The position numbers and the translations under genes are program-made. A stretch of 64,000 nucleotides of DNA, taken from an uncultured Actinomycetota bacterium. GTDB taxonomy: Bacteria; Actinomycetota; Actinomycetes; Propionibacteriales; Propionibacteriaceae. The notes beneath the pieces were generated by a model. It searched no databases and was not told the DNA's origin. It worked only from the letters and a program-made list of their open reading frames with translations. The stretch lies in the NCBI GenBank assembly GCA_963765975.1, contig CAVXYL010000013.1, positions 3,911 to 67,910 of the forward strand. Direction: 5' to 3'. This document shows, one piece after another, positions 1-12,841 of this stretch; position 1 is the first letter of the stretch, and the number at the start of each line of letters is the position of its first letter.

Positions 1-28
1 ATCACGGCAACCGGGGGGCTGGAGGAGT

Positions 29-787
29 TCACGTGGCTGGATCCTGCGTCGGCGGGTCGACCGCGTCCGCGGACTCGACGGCCTGCTCGGCCAGCAGTCC
101 GGCCAGCCGTCCACCGGTGATCCGGCGGAACTTGCGCGGCAGGGCGCGAGTCCGGTCCAGGATGGCCACCTCGAGCGCTTCGACGCCCAACTCGCGCCGG
201 GCGGCCGTCGGTCCCCCGTCCGAGGCCAGGGCGGTCACGGCCAGACCGATGGCATCGGCCAGGCTGAGCCCCGGGCGATAGCCCCGGCCGACCGCTTCGG
301 TGATCACGTCGGCCGAGCCGCCCATCACGGCGAAGTTGTTCTCGTCGGCGACCGAGCCGTCGTAGGTCAGCCGGTAGATCTGATCCTGTTCGGCGGTGAT
401 TCCGAGCTCGGCGACGACGATCTCCACCTCGTAGGGCTTCTCGCCGCCGGAGGAGAAGATGGTGCCGAGCAACTGCGCGTACGCGTTGGCGAGCCCGCGG
501 CCGGTCACGTCGGTCCGGTCGTAGCTGTAACCACGGAGATCGGCGTACTGGATGCCGGCGGTCCGCAACCGCTCGAACTCGTTGTAGCGACCGACCGCGG
601 CGAAGCCGATCCGGTCGTAGATCTCGCTCACCTTGTGCAGGGCGGCCGAGCGGTTCTCCGCCACGAACAAGATGCCGTCGGCGTAGTGCAGCACGATGAC
701 CGACCGTCCCCGGGCGATCCCCTTGCGCGCGTAGTCGGCCCGATCCTTCATCTGCTGCTCGGGCGCAACATAGAACGGCATGGTCAT
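29..787 (-). CDS. prcA: 20S proteasome alpha subunit
   Basis: [30 protein letters not shown]-terminus; follows prcB; start placed at ATG 787. Confidence 0.96.
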   Translation of the reverse strand: MTMPFYVAPEQQMKDRADYARKGIARGRSVIVLHYADGILFVAENRSAALHKVSEIYDRIGFAAVGRYNEFERLRTAGIQYADLRGYSYDRTDVTGRGLANAYAQLLGTIFSSGGEKPYEVEIVVAELGITAEQDQIYRLTYDGSVADENNFAVMGGSADVITEAVGRGYRPGLSLADAIGLAVTALASDGGPTAARRELGVEALEVAILDRTRALPRKFRRITGGRLAGLLAEQAVESADAVDPPTQDPAT

Positions 788-799
788 GTCTGTTTGCTC

Positions 800-925
800 C
801 TGCTCGCGCATCGCGCTGATGGCCGCCGAGCCTCGTCGTCGCTCGTGAACCGGAAAAGCGTGGTTCACTCGCTCCTCCTCCGATCGGCGAGCGCGCGATT
901 TCCGACGCTCGCAGGAGGAGCGCAA
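800..925. repeat. structured intergenic palindromic element (family C)
   Basis: Stem GTGAACC/GGTTCAC around an AAAAGCG loop, flanked by CTC and TCGCTC; same layout at 8132-8245. Confidence 0.5.
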
Positions 926-933
926 TGCATCGC

Positions 934-1773
934 CTATGCAAGGGGGGCTCCGGGTCCGTCGGGTCGCTCGTTGCGGCCGGCCATCATCTGGGTCACCATG
1001 GCCGCGATCTCCGAATCCGCCACCCGCTCGACGCCGTCGGCGGTGGCGACCAGGACCACCGGGAAGATCTTCCGGGTGAGGTCGGGCCCGCCGGTGGCCG
1101 AGTCGTCGTCCGCCGCGTCGTACAGCGCCTGGATGACGGCCATCGTCGCCTCGGGGGCCTGGAAGTCCGGTCGGTAGAGCTTCTTCAGCGAGCCGCGAGC
1201 GAAGACCGCTCCGGAGCCGACGGAGAAGAAGGCATGCTCCTCGTACCGGCCGCCGGTGGCGTCGTAGGAGAAGATCCGTCCCTCTTCGGAGGTGACGTCC
1301 CAGCCGGCGAACAGTGGCACCACGACGAGCCCCTGCATGGCGAGGCCGAGATTCATCCTGATCATGGTCGCCAGCCGATTGGCCTTGCCCACCAGGGAAA
1401 GCGGCGCGCCCTCGATCTTCTCGTAGTGCTCCAGCTCGACCTGGAAGAGCCCGACCAGCTCGACGGCGATGCCGGCCGCACCGGCGATCCCGATGATCGA
1501 GAACTCGTCGGCCGCGAACACCTTCTCGATGTCGCGCTGGGCGATCACGTTGCCCATCGTGGCCCGCCGATCGCCGGCGACGACGACGCCGCCCGGGAAG
1601 GTGGCCGCGACGATCGTGGTCCCGTGCGGTGCGAGGTCGGCGACCCCTGGACCGGCGGCCCGGGACGACGGCAGGACATTCGGCGCCACGCGTGCGGCGA
1701 AGTCGGCGAAAGAGGATGCGCCCGCTTGAACGAGACCAGCGGTCAGATCACCTGGGGTCGACCGATCGATCAC
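934..1773 (-). CDS. prcB: 20S proteasome beta subunit
   Basis: Propeptide then PHG/TTIVA catalytic Thr, [24 protein letters not shown]. Confidence 0.97.
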   Translation of the reverse strand: MIDRSTPGDLTAGLVQAGASSFADFAARVAPNVLPSSRAAGPGVADLAPHGTTIVAATFPGGVVVAGDRRATMGNVIAQRDIEKVFAADEFSIIGIAGAAGIAVELVGLFQVELEHYEKIEGAPLSLVGKANRLATMIRMNLGLAMQGLVVVPLFAGWDVTSEEGRIFSYDATGGRYEEHAFFSVGSGAVFARGSLKKLYRPDFQAPEATMAVIQALYDAADDDSATGGPDLTRKIFPVVLVATADGVERVADSEIAAMVTQMMAGRNERPDGPGAPLA

Positions 1774-1967
1774 TGGCCGCCCTTCTGGACGAAGGAGCGG
1801 ACGAACTCCTCGGCGTTGACCTCGAGCACGTCGTCGATCTCATCCAGCAGCGAGTCGACCTCGGAATCCAGCTCGGCCTTGTGCGTCGAGTCGGCCGGCG
1901 CCAACTCCTCGATCTCGCGATCTTCCGACCGCCGGGCCTTGCGTTGGCTCTGCTCTGACTCAGCCAT
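1770..1967 (-). CDS. pup: prokaryotic ubiquitin-like protein Pup
   Basis: [27 protein letters not shown]-terminus (ends in Gln); overlaps prcB start. Confidence 0.97.
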   Translation of the reverse strand: MAESEQSQRKARRSEDREIEELAPADSTHKAELDSEVDSLLDEIDDVLEVNAEEFVRSFVQKGGQ

Positions 1968-2007
1968 TCGGTGCTCCAAATCCGGTGCTCACTGTGTGAT
2001 CGGCTCA

Positions 2008-2029
2008 AGCCTAACCACTGCCCCCGACA
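2008..2029 (-). promoter_or_regulatory. PafBC-type (RecA-NDp) promoter upstream of pup
   Basis: Minus strand TGTCGG-gggcagtggt-TAGGCT fits TGTCGG-N10-TANNNT. Confidence 0.65.
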
Positions 2030-2061
2030 TTCACCCCCGCATTCCGCCGCCCCCCACTCCG

Positions 2062-2143
2062 CGCGTACGTTTCGCAGCCCACTGGTCGCAAAGGGCACGA
2101 TTTCCGCGCTCAGACGCGTCCGTTTCGACCCACTGGTCGCAGA
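2062..2143 (+). repeat. imperfect direct repeat, two copies
   Basis: cgcgtacgtttcgcagcccactggtcgca and cgcgtccgtttcgacccactggtcgca. Confidence 0.6.
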
Positions 2144-2172
2144 CGAACACGGATTACCGCAACCCCATCGGT

Positions 2173-2196
2173 CCTTCGACAAGCTCAGGACACGAT
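2173..2196. repeat. REP-like element family A, half copy
   Basis: ccttcgacaagctcaggacacgat; recurs at 21174, 23269, 36736, 38209, 39675, 60191. Confidence 0.75.
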
Positions 2197-2423
2197 TCCC
2201 GAAGCCCTTCCATCAACCGAGCCACTAGCCGACTACGTCGAGGGCACCCGCCTCGCGAACCTGTGAGGAGCGAGCGCCGGTAGGCCCCGAAGCGCGCGTC
2301 GCCGGGGCTAAGACGCCTGAAACGGAACCACGCACTGAGTCACAACGACGCACTCGAATGACCACCGCCCCCGGCGATGCGCGCTTCGGGGCCTGCCAGG
2401 CGCTGAGCGCCCGCGAACCAGAG

Positions 2424-3456
<1,033 letters not shown>

Positions 3457-3534
3457 TGTGGTACTTCCTTCGTTGGATGTGGTGCGGGTCAGGTTAGTGG
3501 AAACGGCGCGCGACCGGCCAGGAGCCCGGCGGCC

Positions 3535-4074
3535 CTAGAGCGCTCGGACGCTCTTGAGTCGATCAGTACGCGGCGCGCGGTCGGTCAGCGACCGGTTGCC
3601 GCGGCCGAGCGCGACCAGCCCGGACTGGACGAGCTCGCGGATCCCGTACGGCTCGAAGAGCTCCAGCAGGGCATCGAGTTTCGCCGGGCTGCCGGTGGCC
3701 TCGACGGTGATCACCTCACCGGTCAGGTCGACGGCTTTCGCGCCGAAGAGCCCGATGATCTCGATCAGCTGGCCGCGGGTCTCGGCGGTGGCCTTGACCT
3801 TGACCAGGACCAGTTCCCGGCGCACCGCGCTGTTCTCGAGTTCGACGATCTTCAGCACCTCGATCAGCTTGTTGAGCTGCTTGGTCATCTGCTCGAGCAC
3901 GACGTCGTCGACGTTCATCTGCAGCGTCATCCGCGACATGTCCGGAGACTCGGTCGGCCCGACCGCGAGCGACTCGATGTTGTAGCCGCGCCGCGAGATC
4001 AGGCCGGACACCCGAGCCAGGACGCCCGGCTTGTTCTCCACCAGCACGCTGAGCGTGTGGATGTTGCCGGCCAC
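3535..4074 (-). CDS. ilvN: acetolactate synthase small subunit
   Basis: HTLSVLVENKPGVLARVSGLISRRGYNIESL ACT domain. Confidence 0.95.
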   Translation of the reverse strand: MAGNIHTLSVLVENKPGVLARVSGLISRRGYNIESLAVGPTESPDMSRMTLQMNVDDVVLEQMTKQLNKLIEVLKIVELENSAVRRELVLVKVKATAETRGQLIEIIGLFGAKAVDLTGEVITVEATGSPAKLDALLELFEPYGIRELVQSGLVALGRGNRSLTDRAPRTDRLKSVRAL

Positions 4075-4077
4075 TCA

Positions 4078-5829
4078 TCACAACTCCTCGTCTTGCCACT
4101 TGGGGGCCATGTCGCGGGCCACCTTGATGTCGTCGTTGCTGGTGCCGGCAGCGACCATCGGCCAGACCATCGCGTCCTTGTTCACCACGAACTCCACGAC
4201 CACCGGGGCGTCGTTGATCGACAGCGCCTTCTCGATCACCGAGTCCACGTCGTCGGCCGCCTCGGCCCGCAGTCCCACGCAGCCCATGGCCTCGGCCAGC
4301 TTGGGGAAGTCGGGGATCCGGTTGGTCTTCAGATCGGTGTTGGAGTAGCGGCCCTGATAGAACAGCGTCTGCCACTGCCGCACCATCCCGAGGCTCTGGT
4401 TGTTGATCACCGCGATCTTGACCGGAATCCCTTCCAGGGCACAGGTCACGAGCTCCTGGTTGGTCATCTGGAAGCAGCCGTCGCCGTCGATCCCCCAGAC
4501 GATCGAGTCGGGCTGGCCGACCTTGGCCCCCATCGCGGCCGGCACGCAGTAGCCCATGGTGCCGAGGCCGCCGGAGTTGAGCCAGCGGCCGGGCAGCTCC
4601 CAGGGCAGGAAGTGCGCGGCCCACATCTGGTGCTGGCCGACCCCCGCCGCGTAGTACGCGTCCGGTCCGGTGATCTCGCCGATCCGCTTGATCACATGCT
4701 GCGGCGACAGGCTGCCGTCGGCCGGCAGGTCGTAGCCGGTGGGATAGCGCCGCTTGAGATCGATCAGGTAGCGCGCCCACTCACCGACGTCGGGTCGCCG
4801 ATCGTCGGGCCGGAGCAGCGTGATCAACTCGGCGATCACCTCCTTGCAGTCGCCCACGATCGGCACGTCGGCGGTGCGGTTCTTGGAGATCTCGGCCGGG
4901 TCGATGTCGGCGTGGATCACCTTGGCCAGCGGTGCGAAGCTCGACAGCTGACCGGTCACCCGGTCGTCGAAGCGGGTGCCCAGGGCGATCAGCAGATCGG
5001 CGCGCTGCAGGGCTCCGACCGCCGCCACGGAGCCGTGCATGCCGGGCATCCCCATGTTCAGCGGGTGGCTGTCGGGGAAGATGCCGCGGGCCATCAAGGT
5101 GGTCACCATCGGGATGCCGGTCAGCTCGGTGAGCTCCTTCAGCTCCTTCCAGGCGCGGGCCTTCAGCACCCCACCGCCGACGTAGAGCACCGGCCGCCTC
5201 GACTCGGAGATCAGCTTGGCGGCTTCCCGCACCTGCTTGCCGTGCGGCTTGGTCACCGGCCGATAGCCCGGCAGGTCGAGCTGCGTGGGCCAGTGCCACG
5301 TCGTCTTGGCCTGCAGCGCGTCCTTGGTGACGTCGACCAGGACCGGTCCGGGACGGCCGGTGCCGGCGATGTGGAAGGCCGACGCGACCGCCTCGGCGAT
5401 GTCGGCCGCCTTGGTGACCAGGAAGCTGTGCTTGGTGATCGGCATGGTGATGCCACGGATGTCGGCCTCCTGGAAGGCGTCGGTGCCGATGGCGGCACTG
5501 CCGACCTGTCCGGTGATCGCGACGATCGGCACCGAGTCCATGTGGGCGTCGGCGATCGGGGTCACCAGGTTGGTCGCGCCGGGACCGGAGGTCGCCATGC
5601 AGACGCCCACCTTGCCGGTGACCATCGCGTACCCCTCGGCCGCGTGCCCGGCGCCCTGCTCGTGCCGCACCAGGATGTGCCGCACCTTCTTGGAGTCGAA
5701 GAGCGGATCGTACGCGGGCAGGATCGCTCCGCCCGGAATGCCGAATACGACGTCAGCTCCGACCTGCTCGAGCGACCTGACCAGAGACTGTGCCCCGGTC
5801 AGCTCTTCTGCGCTGTCGTTGTCTGACAT
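4078..5829 (-). CDS. ilvB: acetolactate synthase large subunit
   Basis: [34 protein letters not shown] motif. Confidence 0.97.
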   Translation of the reverse strand: MSDNDSAEELTGAQSLVRSLEQVGADVVFGIPGGAILPAYDPLFDSKKVRHILVRHEQGAGHAAEGYAMVTGKVGVCMATSGPGATNLVTPIADAHMDSVPIVAITGQVGSAAIGTDAFQEADIRGITMPITKHSFLVTKAADIAEAVASAFHIAGTGRPGPVLVDVTKDALQAKTTWHWPTQLDLPGYRPVTKPHGKQVREAAKLISESRRPVLYVGGGVLKARAWKELKELTELTGIPMVTTLMARGIFPDSHPLNMGMPGMHGSVAAVGALQRADLLIALGTRFDDRVTGQLSSFAPLAKVIHADIDPAEISKNRTADVPIVGDCKEVIAELITLLRPDDRRPDVGEWARYLIDLKRRYPTGYDLPADGSLSPQHVIKRIGEITGPDAYYAAGVGQHQMWAAHFLPWELPGRWLNSGGLGTMGYCVPAAMGAKVGQPDSIVWGIDGDGCFQMTNQELVTCALEGIPVKIAVINNQSLGMVRQWQTLFYQGRYSNTDLKTNRIPDFPKLAEAMGCVGLRAEAADDVDSVIEKALSINDAPVVVEFVVNKDAMVWPMVAAGTSNDDIKVARDMAPKWQDEEL

Positions 5830-5911
5830 GTCCTTGTCTCCTTGCGATCCGGTCCCGCCGAGGGATCCGTGGTGGATGTTACGCCTGTGCTACGGCTGCG
5901 CTCTCGACCAA

Positions 5912-5947
5912 GAAAAAACCCCCGCCGCCGGATGGCAGACGAGGGAG
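5912..5947 (-). terminator. ilvB attenuator terminator
   Basis: Minus strand CCCTCGTCTGCC-ATCC-GGCGGCGGGGG followed by TTTTTT. Confidence 0.8.
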
Positions 5948-5970
5948 CGCGTCGGGGTGAGTAGTGGAAC

Positions 5971-6015
5971 TCAGCCGACACGCTGACATACGACGAGAAG
6001 CGATGTGATGCGCAC
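5971..6015 (-). CDS. ilvBNC leader peptide MRITSLLVVCQRVG
   Basis: 14 codons rich in Ile/Leu/Val just upstream of the terminator; TATCGT lies 6 nt before its GTG; absent from the ORF track. Confidence 0.8.
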   Translation of the reverse strand: MRITSLLVVCQRVG

Positions 6016-6176
6016 GCGGCAACGATAACTCCGGCTGATCCGAGGTCAACCAACCTCACGGCCAGTGTCTTGACATTCGGAAGGACGCTCGGATGTCCTC
6101 ATAAATCCGGTCGCTGGGTGACTCGGGTTGGGACAATCGGCCGTATCGCGAACCGATCCGCCGTATGTTGTACCTC

Positions 6177-8118
6177 GTGGCAGCGATACCACCCGACATA
6201 GCAGGAATCAGCGGCTGGGTACCGCTGGCCCGAGGTGGCTTCGCCACTGTATGGAAGGCGCGTCAGGACTCCTTGGACCGGTTCGTCGCGGTCAAGGTCG
6301 ACGACCGGGTGCTCGACAATCCGGCCGAGCAGCGGCGGTTCCTCGGTGAGGCGCAGGCGGCCGGAGGCCTGTCGGGGCATCCCGGCATCGTGACGGTGCA
6401 CAACGCCGGCATCCTGCCCGACGGGCGTCCCTACCTGGTGATGGATCTGTGTCCGGGCGGCTCGTTGACGAGCTGGCTGGACCCGGCCCATCGGCCGAGC
6501 CAGGAACGCATCCGAGACGTCGGTGTCGAGATCGCGGACGCGCTCGCGGCGGCCCACGCCCGCGGCATGCTGCATCGCGACGTCAAGCCGGCCAACATCT
6601 TGATCGATCGGTACGGCAACCCGGGGCTGGCCGACTTCGGGCTCTCCGCTCCGCCGGAGCCGGACGCGTCCCCGCGGGACCGGTACGCGGCCATGACGCC
6701 CGCGTACGCGCCGCTGGAAGTCCTCCGGCTGCAGAATCCGAGCGAAGTCCGGTGACGTCTACCAGCTCGCCGCGACCCTGTACGCGCTGCTCAGCGGTCA
6801 TCCTCCGCGGCTGCCGGACCAGACCACGCCGCCGCTGCCGGAGCTGATCGCAGCTGCACAGTCAGCCGGTCGAGCCGCTGCCCGAGGTGAACGCCGACCT
6901 GATGGCCGTCGTCCTCGCCGGCCTGTCGTCCGACGCCAGCGCCCGGCCGACGGCGGCCGCGTTCCGCGACCAGCTCGCGGCCATCGACCTGGCCCCCGTG
7001 GGCAGCCTAAGCTCGCCAGCGGCCCGAGGATCGCGGCCTGCCGAAGGAGGAGCCGGCGCCGTGGTGGCCCCTGCTCTCGAGTCGCCCGTCCACGACGGCC
7101 CCCATACCGACGGTCCCAACACGGCCGACCCCAAGCCGCGGCGCCGCCGCAGGCTGGTCCTCGGCATCGTCCTGGCCGGGGTGGTCGGCGTGCTGGCGGT
7201 CATCCTCGCCGGCAGCGGCGTCTATCTGTATCGGATCGATCACAGCGTGAACGCCAACATCAACCGGGGCATCGAGCTCCCGCCGGACTGGGGCAGCTCC
7301 GACCGCGGAGGCGAGGCCCGTCAAGACTCGCGAGGCTGCGGAGGCCCTCGACTACGTGCTGATCGGATCCGACGAGGGCGACCCGAGTCTGGACCGGGAC
7401 GGCCGCAGCGATTCGATCATGCTCGTCCACCTGAACCAGAAGCGCAATCAGGCCTACATCATCTCCTTCCCCCGCGACATGTACGTGACGATCCCGGGTC
7501 ACGGCAAGAACAAGATCAACGCCGCATACGAGATCGGCGGCCCGGCACTGGTCGTCCGCACCCTCGAATCGTTGACCGGCAGCCGGATGGACCACGTCGC
7601 CATGATCGACTTCGAGGGCTTCGTGAGCCTGACCGAGGATCTGGACGGCGTCACCGTCAACAACCGGACCGCCTTCTCGTCCCACGGCTACAGCTATCCG
7701 AAGGGCCGGATCACCCTGTCCGGTGACCGGGCGCTGTGGTTCGTGCGGGAGCGCCAGGCGCTGCCGAGCGAACTGGACCGGGCCGAGAACCAGCGCAACA
7801 TGCTGAACGCGATCCTGACCAAGGGGCTCTCCGCCGAGGTGGTGGCCGACCCGGTCCGGTTCACGAAGTTCGTCGCCAACGCCGCCAAGCGGATCAAGGT
7901 GGACAACAGCCTCACCCAGACCGAGATCCGGAGCACCATGCTGTCGTTGCGGCTGCGCCCGAACGAACCTCGTGATGATGCAGGCACCGCTCGGCAAGGC
8001 CGATCGGGTCGGCGGTCAGGAAGTGCACCGCGTCGACGAGCGCCGGATCGCCGAGTTCGGCAAGGCGCTCAAGAACGACAAGATGGCCGAGTACCTGGAC
8101 AAGTACCCGCGGGGCTGA
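6177..8118 (+). CDS. Ser/Thr protein kinase-TM-LCP (LytR-CpsA-Psr) fusion, several frameshifts
   Basis: VAVK, HRDVKPAN, DFG; TM LVLGIVLAGVVGVLAVILAG; LCP motifs GRSDSIMLV, SFPRDMYV, KINAAY, ALWFVRER. Confidence 0.8.
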
Positions 8119-8131
8119 TTGTTTGGTATCT

Positions 8132-8245
8132 GCTCGCGCGATCGCGCTGGTTCGCCCTGTCCGGACTCCCTCCCTCGCACGACAAAAAGCGCGTCGTGCT
8201 CGCTCGGTCGTCCAGACAGGCCGGCGCGATCTGCCGACTCTCGCA
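8132..8245. repeat. structured intergenic palindromic element (family C)
   Basis: Outer stem cctgtccggac/gtccagacagg, inner stem gcacgac/gtcgtgc, AAAAAGCG loop; lies between convergent genes. Confidence 0.55.
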
Positions 8246-8265
8246 GACTCTACGGCCGTCGAGTC

Positions 8266-9429
8266 TTAGCCGAGGATCGTCTTGTGGATCTCACCGGGAA
8301 AGCGGATGGTGAACCGGGTCTCGCCCACCCATCGCTTCAGGTCGGCGACCCGTTCGTCGATCTCCCGGCGCCGCCTCGCCGCGCACCTTCTCGAAGTAGT
8401 GCAGGTGGACCCGGCCGTCCGGGGACTGGGCCCAGGCGCCGACCACCCGACCGTCCAGCCAGATCGTCGGTCCGGCGTTCCCGCTGCTGTCGAAGGCTGC
8501 CGCAGCCGACTCCGGCAGGTACCAGGCGCGCTCCTTCCAGCCCATGGTGGTCGGATCCAGCCCGGGTAGCAGCGCCACCCACGGCTCGGTCGCGGGAACC
8601 TCGTCGTCATCCTCGGCCAGCCAGCCGGCACCGGTCTCCAGATCGACCTCGCGGGCCCCGGCATCGGCCAGCGCCCGCTTCGTCGTGGCGACGGTCCAGC
8701 CCATCCACCATCGAAGGTCGGTGGTGCGTCGCCGGTCCGAAGGCCCGCAGCCACCGACGGGTCAACTGCTCGGCCGCGGTGCGCTCATCCAGGTCGCCGA
8801 GGCCGCCGGGCAGCCAGGTGTCGGCGGCGGCATACCGGTAGGCACCGTTCACCCAGCTGCCGGTCGGCCGGGTCCGGAGGATCTCGCCCTCGAACCCGAG
8901 CAGGGTCAGCACCCGGGTGTGGGCCGAGACGGTCGCCTGCCACCGCGTCCCGGGCGCCATCAGGAGAGGCTGCCGAAGGGCGGGGACCTGCTGGCCCAGC
9001 GCGCGGGCCGCGGTGGGGCCGTGGGCGCGCAGGTAGGCCAGGATCTGGTCGCGCGCCTGGGCCAGCCAGGCGTCGGGATCGTCGATCCCACTCTGCGCGA
9101 GCAGGCCGGCGACCCGCTTGCGCTCCGGCGGCACGAGCTTGCGGGTCGCCGCGGCATGCATCTGACGGACCACCTCCGGCGTCGCGACCCACAAGGTGCG
9201 TCGCATCGCGTGGTGCCGGATCAGGCTGCGATCGTCGTACAGCGCCTGTTCGACGGCCGCGATGGACGGCTGTCGCATCCGCGCCATCGCCGAGAGGTAG
9301 ACCGTCGGCGGATCGGTGGAATGCAGAGCGACAAGATCGTCGGCGAGCTGCGGAAGGTCGTCGATGCGGGTGCCGGGCAGCAGATGATGCCGCACCGCAA
9401 GCCGCGCCCGCCGCTCGCTCGACGTCCAT
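8266..9429 (-). CDS. AlkZ/HTH_42-like winged-helix DNA glycosylase family protein (frameshifted)
   Basis: VALHSTDPPTVYLS, HAMRRTLW, WLRAFGPAT, LLPGLDPTTMGWKERAWYL, GNAGPTIWLDGRVVGAW. Confidence 0.8.
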
Positions 9430-9439
9430 GGGCGGGCGA

Positions 9440-11131
9440 TCAGGAGCAGGTGGCGCCCACGTTGGCCGAGCGGACCAGCTTCGCGTACTTGGCGAGTACG
9501 CCGCGCCGCACCGGCCGCGGGGTCGGAGTCCAGCCGGCCCGGCGACGCTCGAGCTCGGCCTCGTCGACCTCGACGTCGAGCCGCCCGTTGGCCACGTCGA
9601 GGGTGATCGGGTCGCCGTCGGCGACCAGCGCGATCGGTCCACCCTCGGTGGCCTCGGGCGCGATGTGCCCGACGCACAGCCCGGTCGTGCCGCCGGAGAA
9701 CCGGCCGTCGGTGATCAACATGACGTCCTTGCCGAGACCGGCGCCCTTGATCGCACCGGTGATGGCCAGCATCTCGCGCATGCCGGGACCACCCTTGGGG
9801 CCCTCGTAGCGGATCACCACCACGTCGCCGGCCGTCACGGTGCCGTCCTCCAGGGCGTCCATCGCCGCCCGCTCGCCGTCGAAGACCCGAGCGGTGCCCT
9901 TCCAGACGTCGGTGTCGAACCCGGCACTCTTCACCACCGCCCCTTCCGGCGCCAGCGATCCGTACAGGATGGTGATACCGCCGGTGGGATGCATCGGGTT
10001 GCTGATCGCCCGCACGATGGTGCCGTCGATGTCCGGCGGGGCGATGTCGGCCAGGTTCTCGGCCATCGTCTTGCCGGTCACGGTCAGACAGTCACCGTGC
10101 ATCAGCCCGGCGTCCAGCAGGGCCTTCATCACCACCGGCACGCCACCGACCCGGTCGACGTCGTTCATCACGTAGCGGCCGAACGGCTTGAGGTCACCGA
10201 GGTGGGGCACGTTCTTGCCCACCCGGACGAAGTCGTCGAGGGTCAGGTCCACCTCGGCCTCGTTGGCGATGGCGAGCAGGTGCAGCACGGCGTTGGTCGA
10301 GCCGCCGAAGGCCATGGTCACGGCGATGGCGTTCTCGAAGGCCTCCTTGGTCATGATCTGGCGGGCGGTGATGCCCCGGCGCAGCATCTCGACCACCGCC
10401 ATGCCACTGCGCCGGGCGTATCCGTCCCGCCGCCGGTCCACGGCCGGCGGGGCGGCCGATCCGGGGAGCGACATGCCGAGCGCTTCGGCCGCGCTGGCCA
10501 TCGTGTTGGCCGTGAACATCCCGCCGCAGGCGCCCTCCCCCGGACAGATCGCCTTCTCGATCTCGGTCACCTGGTCCCGGGTGATGAGGCCTCTGATGCA
10601 GGCGCCCACCGCCTCGAAGGCATCGATGATCGTCACGTCCTTGTCGCCCACCCGGCCCGGCATGATCGAACCCGCGTAGAGGAAGACCGACGCCAGATCG
10701 AGGCGGGCCGCGGCCATCAGCATGCCCGGCAGCGACTTGTCGCAGCCGGCCAGCAGCACCGAGCCGTCGAGCCGCTCCGCCGACATCACCGTCTCCACGG
10801 AGTCGGCGATGATCTCCCGGCTGACCAGGGAGAAGTGCATGCCCTCGTGGCCCATCGAGATGCCGTCCGAGACCGAGATGGTGCCGAACTCCAGCGGGTA
10901 GCCGCCCGCCGCATGGACCCCGTCCTTGACCGCCTTGGCCAGCCGGTCGAGGCTGAGGTTGCACGGGGTGATCTCGTTCCAGCTGGACGCGACGCCGACC
11001 TGCGGCTTCACCCAGTCGTCGTCGCCCATGCCGACCGCTCGGAGCATGCCGCGGGACGCGGTCGCCTCCAGCCCGTCGGTGACCACGCGTGAGCGTGGCT
11101 TGATGTCAACACTGCTCTCAGTCTGTGGCAC
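9440..11131 (-). CDS. ilvD: dihydroxy-acid dehydratase
   Basis: [36 protein letters not shown]. Confidence 0.97.
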   Translation of the reverse strand: MPQTESSVDIKPRSRVVTDGLEATASRGMLRAVGMGDDDWVKPQVGVASSWNEITPCNLSLDRLAKAVKDGVHAAGGYPLEFGTISVSDGISMGHEGMHFSLVSREIIADSVETVMSAERLDGSVLLAGCDKSLPGMLMAAARLDLASVFLYAGSIMPGRVGDKDVTIIDAFEAVGACIRGLITRDQVTEIEKAICPGEGACGGMFTANTMASAAEALGMSLPGSAAPPAVDRRRDGYARRSGMAVVEMLRRGITARQIMTKEAFENAIAVTMAFGGSTNAVLHLLAIANEAEVDLTLDDFVRVGKNVPHLGDLKPFGRYVMNDVDRVGGVPVVMKALLDAGLMHGDCLTVTGKTMAENLADIAPPDIDGTIVRAISNPMHPTGGITILYGSLAPEGAVVKSAGFDTDVWKGTARVFDGERAAMDALEDGTVTAGDVVVIRYEGPKGGPGMREMLAITGAIKGAGLGKDVMLITDGRFSGGTTGLCVGHIAPEATEGGPIALVADGDPITLDVANGRLDVEVDEAELERRRAGWTPTPRPVRRGVLAKYAKLVRSANVGATCS

Positions 11132-11175
11132 GGCGTCAATCTACCGCCGACCGTCAGGGGACGTCGTCATGGCGG

Positions 11176-12397
11176 CTACCGGCGCCGACCAGCCGCGGCG
11201 ATCGGGTGGTGATCACCAACTGCCAGGCCAGTCCGGCCACCAGGATCACGCCGAGCACCGGGCCGAGATTGGCCACCAGTTGCTGCAGGCCGTCGAAGTG
11301 CCGTTCCCGGCCACCGCCGTACGGCAGCACCGCCAGCGGCAGGGCAGACCGCCACCCAGACCACCCAGAAGCCGCCGAGCACCCGGGCCCACTTCGGTGG
11401 CCCCGGACGGACGACGGCCACCGCCAGCGGCAGGATCCAGACGTAGTGGTGGGTCCAGGACAGCGGCGAGGCCAGGCAGGTGCAGACCCCGACGAGGGCC
11501 ACCGCGAACACCGGCTGGCCGGCGCGCCACCAGTACGCCGCGACCAGGCATCCGAGCAGCGCCACCAGGCCGGCGATGGCGAGCCCGATCAAGCGTGGTG
11601 GCCCGGGAGGAGTCACCGAGCCGGAAGAACACCCCGAGCAGCGACTGGTTCCCGGCGTACAACGGCGAGGCCGTCCGCGTGTTGCCTCCCGACAGGCCGC
11701 CGAAGAACTCCACCGTCTCGGAGAACAACAGGATCGCGCCGATCACGGTGAAGGCCGCGAAGCTGATCAGGGCCGTGACCGCGACCCGGCGCTTGCCGAT
11801 CAGGAACGCGAAGACCACGAACAGCATCGGGGTCAGCTTGATCGCCGCGGCCAGTCCGATCAGCGACCCCTGCGGGATCCGTCGCCGCTCCCCCGGGGCA
11901 TCGGGCAGCAGGTCGGCGACCACCAGAGCCATCAGCATCGTGTTGACCTGACCGTAGCCGAGGGTCGTCCGCACCGGTTCGACCGCCAGCACCACGGCGA
12001 TCCCGATCAGCCCGAGCTTCCAGCCGCGAGGGACGCCGCAGCGCTTCAGCACCGACTGCTGGGCCCAGACCAGGCCCGCGGTCCAGACCACCTGCCAGAA
12101 CAGGTACGGGCCGAAGGCGAGCGGAGTCATCAAGATCGCGGCGATCGGCGGGTAGATGAAGTACAGGTTCCAGAACGGCGTGGTGGTGGCGAAAATGTCC
12201 CGGCCGGCCAGCATGTCCTTGACCGCGGCCACGTACACCTGCAGGTCGATGGTCGACGGCTCCCAGGGCTGGACCTTGCCGTACTGGATGATGAACGGCA
12301 GCAGCAACAGCGCGACCGCGAACGGTGGAACGAACTCGATCGCCGTCCGGGCGAGCTTGCGGCTCGTGGACATTCGGCGGTCGGTGCTCAGGCTCAC
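11176..12397 (-). CDS. GT87-family polyprenyl-phosphomannose mannosyltransferase (frameshifted)
   Basis: IDLQVY, FIYPP, GQVN, AAIKLTP, GNQSL, SPLSWTHHYVW; multi-TM. Confidence 0.85.
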
Positions 12398-12841
12398 GCG
12401 CCCGCCTGGATCTGCCGGTACACCGACTCCAGCTCACCATCGGGCACCCCACCACGGTTGATCAACAGATCCAGACCGGGCTCGTCGGCATACCGCGGAA
12501 CCACGTGCACGTGCATGTGGAAGACCTCCTGGCCGGCGATCTCGCGGGCCGAGGAGAAGATGTTCATCCCGTCAGCGGCCAGCCGGTGCATCAGCATCCG
12601 GGCCACGGCGTCGACCGCCGGCGCGATCTCGGGCAGCGACGGCGTCCCGGTGATCATGTCGGCGACGTGGCGTTTCGGCACCACGAGCGTGTGCCCGCGG
12701 TGCCAGGCCGCGATGTCGAGGAAGGCGATCGCATGATCATCTTCGTAGATCCGCCGGGACGGCAGGTCGCCGGCGATGATCTTGCAGAAGATGCAGTCCG
12801 GCTCGGCCGGGGTCTCAGAACGGCTGCTTGGGCTTGCTCAT
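12394..12841 (-). CDS. HIT family hydrolase
   Basis: DCIFCKII, GHTLVVPKRH, FHMHVHVVPR; start uncertain because of a probable frameshift. Confidence 0.88.
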
